Notes under the pieces: model-generated
Seen by the model: only the letters and a program-made list of their open reading frames with translations
What the model was told of the DNA's origin: nothing
The model's database searches: none
NCBI GenBank assembly: GCA_049666725.1
Contig: JBATHK010000022.1
Location: 12,947 to 76,946 of the forward strand
Reading direction: 5' to 3'
Origin: Woeseiaceae bacterium
GTDB lineage: Bacteria; Pseudomonadota; Gammaproteobacteria; Steroidobacterales; Woeseiaceae
Length of the DNA: 64,000 nucleotides
Position numbers and translations under genes: made by a program
Part shown: positions 21,251 through 29,059 of the stretch, piece after piece
How positions within the stretch are numbered: the first letter of the stretch is position 1
Layout: each line of letters starts with the position of its first letter

Positions 21251-21688
21251 ATGGAAAACAAAAGGCTCTATACGCTGTTAGCCCTCGCGGGTACGTCCCC
21301 CTTCGTTGCCTGTGCGTTACTGCCGCTGATCGGGATCGATTCCTTGCCCGGGTTCGGGGCGCTCGACGTACTGGCAAGCACCTACGGACTGGCGATTATC
21401 TGCTTCCTGGCAGGCGCTCACTGGGGGACTTATCTGCTCAGCCAGTCTGCGACACCGTTTAACCTGTTTGTCAGCAGCAACGTTGTGTTTCTCGCGGTCT
21501 GGTTCGCTTTCATAGGCGCGAACCTCGCATGGTCCATTGCGGTACAAATCATCGCGTTTCAGATCCTCTTGTTCATCGACTTTCGATTGAATCAGGACGC
21601 GATAATCTCTGCCGCGTACTTGCGAATCCGTCTCATCGCAACGTTGATTGCGACTGTTTCCCTGCTCGTCATTCTGCTGTTCCGGTGA
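21251..21688 (+). CDS. DUF3429-like small integral membrane protein
   Basis: 145 aa with four hydrophobic helices and a FLAGAHWG motif as I recall for DUF3429. Its stop overlaps the next start (GTGA). Confidence 0.65.
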   Translation: MENKRLYTLLALAGTSPFVACALLPLIGIDSLPGFGALDVLASTYGLAIICFLAGAHWGTYLLSQSATPFNLFVSSNVVFLAVWFAFIGANLAWSIAVQIIAFQILLFIDFRLNQDAIISAAYLRIRLIATLIATVSLLVILLFR

Positions 21689-22677
21689 CGACTGTCGCCG
21701 TCATCGGCGCAGGTCTTTCCGGCTTGGTCGTTGCCCGTGAATTGCAGGACACTCACGCGGTCACGGTATTCGAAAAATCGCGTGGCGTCGGCGGTCGCAT
21801 GGCTACGCGCTACGAACACGGCTTCGAGTTTGATCATGGTGCCCAGTTCTTCACGGCCCGATCGCCCGATTTCCGCCAGTACCTGCAGCCTTCGATCGAG
21901 CGCGGGATCGTCGCAACCTGGCGAGCCCGCTTCGCCGAACTGGAACGCAACAAAATCGTCTCTCAACGCGATTGGGATGACGATTACCCGCACTATGTCG
22001 GTGCTCCGCGCATGAATGAAATTGGCAAGAATCTCGCGGCGGACCTCGACGTTCGCTGCAATACGACCGTGAGTAAACTCGAAAGAAAACCCGGCGGCTG
22101 GTGCCTAACTGGCAGTGGCGGGAAAAATCTCGGTCGCTTCGACTGGGTTGTCTTGACGATGCCGGCGGCGCAAGCGGCAGCCCTGGCGCCCGAGGGATTC
22201 CGTCTCCGCGAGCATTGCGATTCAGCAAGGATGCGAGCCTGCTTCGCCCTGATGCTCGGTTTCGATGCACCGCTGCCGTTGCCCTGGCAGGCCGCGCTGG
22301 TCCGCGGGGCCGACATAAGCTGGGTTTCCGTCAACAGCAGCAAACCGGGACGACCTGAACCCTTTACCCTCGTTGTGCATTCAACGAATGCGTTTGCTGA
22401 CGCCAATATCGGTAGCGACGCCGACGAGCTTGTCGGCCGGCTGCTGGCCGAGACAAGCGACGTTCTTGGCGAGAACGTCGAGACGGCGACATTTTGCAGG
22501 CTGCAACGCTGGCGCTATGCCAATGCAGACGATCTTGACGGCGCGGACTTTTTTGTTGACAAATCGGGTCAGCTGGCCGCTTGCGGAGACTGGTTTAATC
22601 GCGGCAGGGTGGAGGCTGCGTTTACAAGTGGCTTTGGTTTGGCGCAGGAACTCAAGCGGCCAGAGCTGCAAAGCTAG
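21685..22677 (+). CDS. NAD(P)/FAD-dependent oxidoreductase (renalase/amine-oxidase-like)
   Basis: Start set at GTG 21685 (VTTVAVIGAGLSGLVVARELQ....VFEKSRGVGGRM is a dinucleotide-binding fold). The listed upstream extension overlaps the DUF3429 gene. Confidence 0.8.
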   Translation: MTTVAVIGAGLSGLVVARELQDTHAVTVFEKSRGVGGRMATRYEHGFEFDHGAQFFTARSPDFRQYLQPSIERGIVATWRARFAELERNKIVSQRDWDDDYPHYVGAPRMNEIGKNLAADLDVRCNTTVSKLERKPGGWCLTGSGGKNLGRFDWVVLTMPAAQAAALAPEGFRLREHCDSARMRACFALMLGFDAPLPLPWQAALVRGADISWVSVNSSKPGRPEPFTLVVHSTNAFADANIGSDADELVGRLLAETSDVLGENVETATFCRLQRWRYANADDLDGADFFVDKSGQLAACGDWFNRGRVEAAFTSGFGLAQELKRPELQS

Positions 22678-22685
22678 GCGCTGCG

Positions 22686-23945
22686 TTAACCGGCCTCGCT
22701 GCGGGATCCCGCAAACTCACCCTGGGTTTCGATGCCGAGGCTGTCGAGAAAACCCGGGATCTTGTCTTTAAGCTTGAAGTAACCCTGCCGGGCATGCGGC
22801 CAAACGACACTGTCGTAGGTCCGACGGAGTTGTAGCAGCCGAATGCCGTGCTTTTGCAGTTGATTTCCTGTCGCGGCGAGTATCTCCGCGACCGGACCGA
22901 CGGGCGCATAGGCGGTAACGATAGTGCGGACGTTGTTCTGCGCCGCCCATTCCGTTAGCAGGTTGCCCCAGTCTTCGGTTTCGGCGAGCTGACCGTCGAC
23001 GGCGAAGTGCTGGGTAGCCCGTTTAAGGGCATCGGCGACGGCGCCAGCGGCGAAATCACGCGCGGGCGTACCTAAAGGTAGCGGTGACCGCTGCCGTGTC
23101 GCGACCGCAGCCAACACGAGTTTCGGTTTGCCGGGAAGCGACAGCGTTTCCGGGCAGCCATCTTCTTCAGTTATAAGCAGGCCGTAGTCCTCGTCGTTCG
23201 GAAGCGCCTGCGTCAGTGGCAGGTCGCGCAGCGGAAATACGCAAGACTCCACCAGGGCGGGTGCGCTGGTAGCCAGCTTGCCGTCGGGGTTGAAGCGGTT
23301 GTCAGTGTAGCGGGCGATGTTTGTGCTCAGCGCAAGGTAGGTCTTGCCCTTGGTGTGCAGTCCTGCAACCCAGCGCCAGCTGAGCGTGTTCGATGCGGGG
23401 TCGCCATCGATAAGGTGGCGCAAGAAAAGATCAGCTCCGAGCTGCCAGGGAAGCCGTAGTGTGAAAATCCAGATGGACGCGAACCACATGCGGGCATGGT
23501 TGTGAAGGTATCCGGTCTCTTCAAGCTCGCTCGTCCAGGCGTCAAAGCAATCGATTCCTGTCTTGCCGCTGACGGCGGCACTGTATCGCCGCATTAGATC
23601 TGCATCAGAGTCGAGTGATTTGACCAATTGGGCGACGCTCGCTCTGTAGTCCAGCCAGACGCCCGGCCGTTGTTCGAGCCAGCCTTTGAAGTAGGCGCGC
23701 CAGAAAACCTCCTGTACAAACTTGTTCGCTGTCGCAAGCGAATGCCGTTGAAGCGCAGTGTCCAGCAACTCCTGCTCGAGGACGAGTCTGTGGCGGACGT
23801 AGGGCGAAAGCAGCGATACGTTACTGCGCCGCTGCGGCCCAAAGTCAAAATTGCGCGCCTTTGAATAGTGGCTCAGCGATTTCGCGTTAAAGGCCGCTAG
23901 TCGTCCGAGTCCGGCGCTGCGACTGGGCCCTGGGTTCGTCTCCAT
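22686..23945 (-). CDS. cryptochrome/photolyase-family protein with an N-terminal FAD-binding domain (non-canonical domain order)
   Basis: Residues about 40-225 align by eye with the C-terminal FAD domain of E. coli Phr (SPYV.., EVFWRAYF, GKTGIDCFDAWTSELEETGYLHNHARMWFASIW, LIDGDPASNTLSWRWVAG). About 190 further residues follow. Confidence 0.75.
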   Translation of the reverse strand: METNPGPSRSAGLGRLAAFNAKSLSHYSKARNFDFGPQRRSNVSLLSPYVRHRLVLEQELLDTALQRHSLATANKFVQEVFWRAYFKGWLEQRPGVWLDYRASVAQLVKSLDSDADLMRRYSAAVSGKTGIDCFDAWTSELEETGYLHNHARMWFASIWIFTLRLPWQLGADLFLRHLIDGDPASNTLSWRWVAGLHTKGKTYLALSTNIARYTDNRFNPDGKLATSAPALVESCVFPLRDLPLTQALPNDEDYGLLITEEDGCPETLSLPGKPKLVLAAVATRQRSPLPLGTPARDFAAGAVADALKRATQHFAVDGQLAETEDWGNLLTEWAAQNNVRTIVTAYAPVGPVAEILAATGNQLQKHGIRLLQLRRTYDSVVWPHARQGYFKLKDKIPGFLDSLGIETQGEFAGSRSEAG

Positions 23946-23965
23946 GAGCGTGTGCTTTGCCCTCC

Positions 23966-24097
23966 CTAAGCGCGGCGCTGTCGCTCCGAAGAAGAGTCTC
24001 GTTCGCTACGGGATTTGACGAACTGCTCCTTCGCGCTTTTCTTCTCAATAAGCGCCAAAGCGGTAGTTCCAAGTAATACCAATGCAACCATTTCCAT
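23966..24097 (-). CDS. hypothetical 43-aa membrane peptide (below the ORF-track size cutoff)
   Basis: Translated by hand as MEMVALVLLGTTALALIEKKSAKEQFVKSRSERDSSSERQRRA. AGGAGA (24104-24109) lies 6 nt upstream of the ATG. One hydrophobic helix plus a charged tail. It fills the gap between the HiPIP gene and the photolyase-like gene. Confidence 0.35.
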   Translation of the reverse strand: MEMVALVLLGTTALALIEKKSAKEQFVKSRSERDSSSERQRRA

Positions 24098-24115
24098 TAG
24101 AGTTCTCCTGATTTG

Positions 24116-24466
24116 CTATGAAGTTTGTTTGGCCGCCCAAACGGAACACCAGCCCTCGCTGGCGACGGCCTTGCCGGGAAATATTCCGCAGCCCGCCCAC
24201 TCGTCATCACTGTCGCCTGTAAACAGCACACAATTGCTGCAGTACTGGTCCGAGAAGCGCTTCGCGGCATCAACAGTCTTTGCGTCGTGAACGTAGTTCA
24301 GCGCTTTCGCTGTGGGATCGTTCTCGTCCAGAGGGACGAGATCGTCTGCTGCGGCAAGTCCGCCGAAACCGGTAGTCGCTACGGCAGCCGCTGCGCCGGC
24401 CGAGGTGAAGAATCGGCGGCGTGTCATTTTCGGCAACCATCGTGCTTGCAGATTTTTCTCTTTCAT
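24116..24466 (-). CDS. high-potential iron-sulfur protein (HiPIP) with Tat signal
   Basis: Start set at ATG 24466 (MKEKNLQARWLPKMTRRRFFTSAG carries a twin-arginine motif). The mature part has the HiPIP Cys pattern (YCSNC...GC...GWCSVW). Confidence 0.88.
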   Translation of the reverse strand: MKEKNLQARWLPKMTRRRFFTSAGAAAAVATTGFGGLAAADDLVPLDENDPTAKALNYVHDAKTVDAAKRFSDQYCSNCVLFTGDSDDEWAGCGIFPGKAVASEGWCSVWAAKQTS

Positions 24467-24496
24467 CTCTGGTCCTTCCCTCGATCCTGCTTTCTG

Positions 24497-24530
24497 AAAA
24501 AAATCCCGGCCGACGCAGAGCGCCGGCCGG
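24497..24530 (-). terminator. Rho-independent terminator (minus strand)
   Basis: Minus strand reads CCGGCCGGCG-CUCUG-CGUCGGCCGG (10-bp stem with one G-U) followed by GAUUUUUUU. The same hairpin on the plus strand has an A-C mismatch and no T tract. Confidence 0.6.
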
Positions 24531-24611
24531 TAACGGTCAAAGGGGATAGTCGGGGGGAACCTTGGCCCTTTGCGTACAACGCTGAGTAAGTCAAAGCTCA
24601 AGCGAAACCAG

Positions 24612-24666
24612 AGGATACCAATAACAAAATAATTGTCAATGTTTTGTCTATGTATTTTCTAGACAA
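24612..24666 (-). promoter_or_regulatory. candidate promoter (TTGACA-16 nt-TATCCT) overlapped by TnGACAA repeats; putative operator for the MerR/LitR-like regulator
   Basis: Minus strand reads TTGTCTA-N9-TAGACAA-N4-TTGACAA(-35). TAGACAA and TTGACAA start 11 bp apart. TTGTCTA (24644-24650) and TAGACAA (24660-24666) form a perfect inverted repeat on the plus strand. Confidence 0.4.
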
Positions 24667-24699
24667 CAATGTAACCAAGTGTAACGACCACGGGCAGGC

Positions 24700-25683
24700 T
24701 TAGTAGGTCAATCCCTCGGCATCGGCGACCTTCTTCAGCGCAACCTCAACCAGGGCCCGCGCCTGCGCCGTTGTCTGATGCAGGTAACGGTGCAGCGCCG
24801 CATCGTCATCATTACGATTTGCGCAGTTTGCGCTGTACATTTCAAACGCACTGAGATCGCCGACGAGCTGCGCCAGGTGCTTGGGGCACTCGCACTCGAT
24901 CGTGCTCGAGGTATTGGCAAGGCGGGCGATCTGCTGCTGGTTGAAGAGCCGCGTTGTGTTGGCACCTGCGAATCTCCATCCCGCAGATTCTTCGACCTCC
25001 GGCTTCTTTGGCTGCGCCTTTCCAACCAGCGGCTGCGTGTAGGCGCGAACGACGGCCGCATGAACCTCCTCGATATCGACTGGTGCCCGAAGCACTACGA
25101 TATTCGACTTGCGTGCCCTTTCGACATCGCGACTGCTGCCAAAGCCATAGATGATCACGCCGCATTTTGCACCACATTCTTTCATATAATCAATAAGTTG
25201 GGCCGCTTGATCAGGGCCCAGGATCGGGCTTTCGAGGATAACGACGTCGGCAGCCTGGCAACGCAGGTCAGCCGCGAAGCGATCGCGGTTACTTTCCGCC
25301 ACCCGTACATTGATCGGGGCAATATCGCGGTCATGCGCGAGCAGCTGCGCAGGCAGGTAATCTCCCAGCACGGCTACACTGATCTGCTCCGGCAACGAGG
25401 CCAACGAAATATCGCTGAGGCTCTGGCACTGGTCCCTGAGCTGATCAATGCTGCTTGAAGCGATCTGTCCAATCGAGAACCCGGCGTCGGTGAGTCGCTT
25501 GAGGACACCGAGTTTTTCGACGTCTCTGTCGCTGTAAACGCGACGACCATTGGCTGCCCGCTGGGCAACAACCGCACCATAGCGGCGTTCCCATACTCGA
25601 ATCGTGTGATCTGTCAGCCCAGTCACTTTGGCGACGGCGCCAATACCGTAGTTGTGTTCTTCCTTTTTCTCTTTTTTGGCCAT
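24700..25683 (-). CDS. MerR family transcriptional regulator (LitR/CarH-like architecture without the B12 His motif)
   Basis: Start set at ATG 25683 (MAKKEKKEEHNYGIGAVAKVTGLTDHTIRVWERRYG... is a MerR HTH). This is followed by a Rossmann-like middle region and a C-terminal ECECPKH...C segment. Confidence 0.8.
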   Translation of the reverse strand: MAKKEKKEEHNYGIGAVAKVTGLTDHTIRVWERRYGAVVAQRAANGRRVYSDRDVEKLGVLKRLTDAGFSIGQIASSSIDQLRDQCQSLSDISLASLPEQISVAVLGDYLPAQLLAHDRDIAPINVRVAESNRDRFAADLRCQAADVVILESPILGPDQAAQLIDYMKECGAKCGVIIYGFGSSRDVERARKSNIVVLRAPVDIEEVHAAVVRAYTQPLVGKAQPKKPEVEESAGWRFAGANTTRLFNQQQIARLANTSSTIECECPKHLAQLVGDLSAFEMYSANCANRNDDDAALHRYLHQTTAQARALVEVALKKVADAEGLTY

Positions 25684-25752
25684 TTTTACCACCCTTCGTT
25701 GACGCGTGCTGTAGACATCAAAACATTGTTCATATATTGTGCCCAATCTTCT

Positions 25753-25781
25753 TAGACATTATATAGACATCTTATCGACAT
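25753..25781 (+). promoter_or_regulatory. three direct repeats with 11-bp phasing (TAGACAT-N4-TAGACAT-N4-TCGACAT); putative operator
   Basis: Repeats at 25753, 25764 and 25775, in the divergent region between the MerR-like gene and the DMT-ubiG-cryB operon. A fourth TAGACAT lies at 25712-25718. Confidence 0.45.
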
Positions 25782-25877
25782 GGAACCCCTTGCCACCACT
25801 TTAAACACGATTGCGACAGGAACGCGGGTTGGCGCCATCGTTTTTCAGTGCGCCGTGCTCTCGGGGGGCTGATACAG

Positions 25878-26828
25878 ATGCCTCGCTCAGCACATTTTGG
25901 TGACTGGGTCGCGCTGCTGGCGCTGACCCTTTTGTGGGGTACAGCTTTCATGTTCAACGAGCTGGCCCTGGCTTCGTTTCCACCCGCAGTGTTGGTCGCC
26001 GGTCGCATTTTGATTGCGACTGCCGTGCTGTTCGCCTTTATGCGAGCCAACGGCATTCGGCTGCCACCGCTTGGGCGGGCCTGGATACCGCTGCTCGTCA
26101 TGGCGGTTCTCGGCAACGTGCTTCCGTTTCAACTCATTGCCTGGGCACAGCAATACATCGACTCGTCCCTGGCCGGCATATTGATGGCCGTTATGCCTCT
26201 GTTCGTGTTGACGCTGGCACATTTCCTGCTGCCGGGGTCGAAACTGACGCCCTGCCGTGTTGTCGGGTTCGTTGTCGGATTCGCCGGCGTCGTAACCATT
26301 ATCGGGCCGGAAGCGCTGCGCGGACTGAACAAAAACACGGCTCTTTGGGGCACAGTTGCGGTTCTAGGTGCGGCACTGAGCTACTCGTTGAACAGCATTT
26401 ACGCGCGCCGCCTCGGTGCTGCGAACCCCTTGCAACTGTCGGCCGGCATGCTGGTTGCCGCAAGTTTACTGTCACTTCCCGGCGCTGCGGTCGACGTACC
26501 CGGCATCGTTTCCCCGAGCCTTGCAGCAACGGCATCGATGGTTGTGCTGGGGCTGCTATCGACGGGCCTTGCAACCATTCTCTATTTTCGTCTTGTGCAG
26601 GGCCCCGGACCAGCCTTTCTCTCTTTCGTGAACTATCTGGTTCCGCCCTGCGCCGTACTTGCCGGAGCGCTGTTCCTGGACGAGACTGTCTCGTCATCTG
26701 TTTACGTGGGTCTGTCCCTGATTTTGTCGGGGATCGCTTTTAGCGAACTTGGAGCGCGCTTTAACGATGTGCTCCGCTTCCGGCGACTGGCGGCGATGCG
26801 AACCGGCACTGTGAGGGGTAAGGCATGA
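25878..26828 (+). CDS. DMT family transporter (EamA-like)
   Basis: Ten hydrophobic segments in two EamA-like halves. Start taken at ATG 25878 (MPRSAHFGDWVALLALTLLWGTAF); GTG 25848 is the alternative. Confidence 0.82.
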   Translation: MPRSAHFGDWVALLALTLLWGTAFMFNELALASFPPAVLVAGRILIATAVLFAFMRANGIRLPPLGRAWIPLLVMAVLGNVLPFQLIAWAQQYIDSSLAGILMAVMPLFVLTLAHFLLPGSKLTPCRVVGFVVGFAGVVTIIGPEALRGLNKNTALWGTVAVLGAALSYSLNSIYARRLGAANPLQLSAGMLVAASLLSLPGAAVDVPGIVSPSLAATASMVVLGLLSTGLATILYFRLVQGPGPAFLSFVNYLVPPCAVLAGALFLDETVSSSVYVGLSLILSGIAFSELGARFNDVLRFRRLAAMRTGTVRGKA

Positions 26829-27568
26829 GTGACGACAAAACGGTCGACGAGCGTGAAGTCGAGTTCTACTCCCGGATCGCTGAAACGTGGTGGGATCAAA
26901 AGGGTCCATTCTGGCCACTGCACAAGCTTAACGAGCTGCGGCGCGCCTATATTATCGAGAAGCTCAGCGCGCATTTTCAGCGCAATGCGGCGGCCGCCAA
27001 ACCGCTGCACGGGCTCCGTGTGCTGGACGTAGGCTGTGGCGGAGGCATTCTGTCCGAGTCGATGGCCAGATGCGGCGCTAAGGTCACCGGCATCGACGTC
27101 GTCGAAAAGAATATCGCCGTTGCCTCCCGGCATGCGCGCCAGCAGGGCCTGCCTGTCGACTACAGGTTGACAACGGCATCGGCCCTGGCAGCCACCGGGG
27201 CCCGGTTCGATGTCGTACTCAACATGGAAGTTGTCGAGCACGTCGCCGATGTCAATGCCTTCATGCAGGATTGTTCGCGCCTGACCGACAGCGACGGTGT
27301 AATGTTCGTGGCAACGATAAATCGCACCGCGAAGGCGTGGCTGTTCGCAATCATCGGCGCGGAATATATTCTGCGGTGGCTGCCTAAAGGTACGCATCGG
27401 TGGCGACTGTTTCAGAAACCGTCTGAAATAGTCGCGCATCTCGAACGTGGCGGCTTGTCCCTTCTCGACGCCGTCGGCGTAGCCGCGAACCCCTTCAGCC
27501 GAAGCCTTCGAATCACACGGTCGCTGGCAGTCAACTACATGCTGTTTTCTGCACGGCACGCTGACTGA
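26825..27568 (+). CDS. ubiG: bifunctional 2-polyprenyl-6-hydroxyphenol / 3-demethylubiquinol O-methyltransferase UbiG
   Basis: EVEFYSRIAETWWDQKGPFWPLHKLN, the SAM motif VLDVGCGGGILSE, VLNMEVVEHV and YILRWLPKGTHRW match UbiG. ATGA overlap with the DMT gene. Confidence 0.85.
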   Translation: MSDDKTVDEREVEFYSRIAETWWDQKGPFWPLHKLNELRRAYIIEKLSAHFQRNAAAAKPLHGLRVLDVGCGGGILSESMARCGAKVTGIDVVEKNIAVASRHARQQGLPVDYRLTTASALAATGARFDVVLNMEVVEHVADVNAFMQDCSRLTDSDGVMFVATINRTAKAWLFAIIGAEYILRWLPKGTHRWRLFQKPSEIVAHLERGGLSLLDAVGVAANPFSRSLRITRSLAVNYMLFSARHAD

Positions 27569-27580
27569 GCGACTGCAGCC

Positions 27581-29059
27581 ATGCTTGTTATTCTCGGCAA
27601 TCAGCTTTTTCCGCTTGCGTATTTGCCGCCGCCGGATGAGGGCCCCGTGTTCATGGCAGAGGACGTAGGGCTCTGCACCTACGTAAAACACCATCAGCAA
27701 AAAATCGTGCTGTTCCTCGCGGCAATGCGATCTTATGCCGACGCGCTAAAAGTCGCTGGCTACGACGTTATTTATCACGAGCTTGACGTCGCCAAACCCG
27801 CAAGCTACGAGGACAAGCTCGGCGCCGCGCTGCGGGCCAGGGGCGTTACGCAAATTCAACACTTCGAGATCGAAGACAAGCCGATGGAGCGACGACTGTT
27901 CGAGTTTGCGAAACGCGATCATCTGCAGAGAATCGAACTGGCATCACCGATGTTTGTCTGCACTCGGGATGCGTTCACGTCGTTTGCAAACGGAAAAAAG
28001 CGGCTGCTCATGGGCGACTTCTACAAGCAGCAGCGTCGTTCCCTGGGCGTGCTTATCGAAGATGATGGGCAGCCAACCGGGGGCCGCTGGAGTTTTGATG
28101 CGGATAATCGTAAAAAACTTCCCCGTAACGTATCGCCGCCCGAACTAACCTGGGCAGCACCAACGCAGCACGTCAGCAACGTCATTGAGCTGGTTTTTCA
28201 CGAGTTCGCGGATCATCCGGGTGACGCCAGGGAGTTCTGCTGGCCGACGACGCGCGAGCAGGCGTGCCAATGGCTCAACGAGTTTGTCGAGAACAGGCTG
28301 GAGCAGTTCGGCCCTTACGAAGATGCCATGACGTCGCGATCAACGACCGTGTTTCACAGCGTATTGAGTCCGTGCCTCAACCTCGGCCTGCTGACGCCCG
28401 ACGAGGTTATCGAAAAAGCCCTGGCCAAGGCCGACGAGATTCCGTTGGCAAGCCTCGAGGGATTTGTTCGACAGGTTATCGGCTGGCGCGAGTTTGTGCG
28501 CGGCATCTATCGTCAATACAGCGAGGAACAGGATACGAGCAATTTCTGGTCGCACGAACGCGAACTGACAAGCGCGTGGTACGAGGGCGCCACCGGAATT
28601 CCACCCCTGGATGATGCGATCCAGACAGCGCAGCGACTTGGCTGGACACATCACATACCGCGCCTCATGGTGCTCGGCAACCTAATGACGCTGTGCGAAA
28701 TTCGCCCGGCCAGCGCCCACCGCTGGTTTATGGAAATGTTTGTCGATTCATCCGAATGGGTAATGGGTCCAAATGTCTATGGCATGGGTATCTTCAGCGA
28801 CGGCGGCATCTTCGCTACCAAGCCCTACATTTGCGGCTCCAACTACCTGCTCAAGATGAGCGACTACCGCAAGGGCCCGTGGTGTGACGTTGTTGACGGC
28901 CTGTACTGGCGCTTTATCGACCGTCACCGCGAGTTCTTCAGCGGCAATCCGCGGCTGGCGTTGATGCCCAAGGCGCTCGATCGACTGGGTGCCGAACGGC
29001 GATCACGGATTACCGCGGCTGCCGAGGATTTCCTGGAGCGGCACACGATTCCGGCCTGA
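27581..29059 (+). CDS. cryptochrome/photolyase family protein of the FeS-BCP (CryB/PhrB, COG3046) type
   Basis: MLVILGNQLF N-terminus, VKHHQQKIVLFLAAMR, GWREFVRGIY, HHIPRLMVLGN and the C-terminal Cys set (...ICGSNYLLKMSDYRKGPWCDV...) expected for the 4Fe-4S cluster. Confidence 0.87.
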   Translation: MLVILGNQLFPLAYLPPPDEGPVFMAEDVGLCTYVKHHQQKIVLFLAAMRSYADALKVAGYDVIYHELDVAKPASYEDKLGAALRARGVTQIQHFEIEDKPMERRLFEFAKRDHLQRIELASPMFVCTRDAFTSFANGKKRLLMGDFYKQQRRSLGVLIEDDGQPTGGRWSFDADNRKKLPRNVSPPELTWAAPTQHVSNVIELVFHEFADHPGDAREFCWPTTREQACQWLNEFVENRLEQFGPYEDAMTSRSTTVFHSVLSPCLNLGLLTPDEVIEKALAKADEIPLASLEGFVRQVIGWREFVRGIYRQYSEEQDTSNFWSHERELTSAWYEGATGIPPLDDAIQTAQRLGWTHHIPRLMVLGNLMTLCEIRPASAHRWFMEMFVDSSEWVMGPNVYGMGIFSDGGIFATKPYICGSNYLLKMSDYRKGPWCDVVDGLYWRFIDRHREFFSGNPRLALMPKALDRLGAERRSRITAAAEDFLERHTIPA

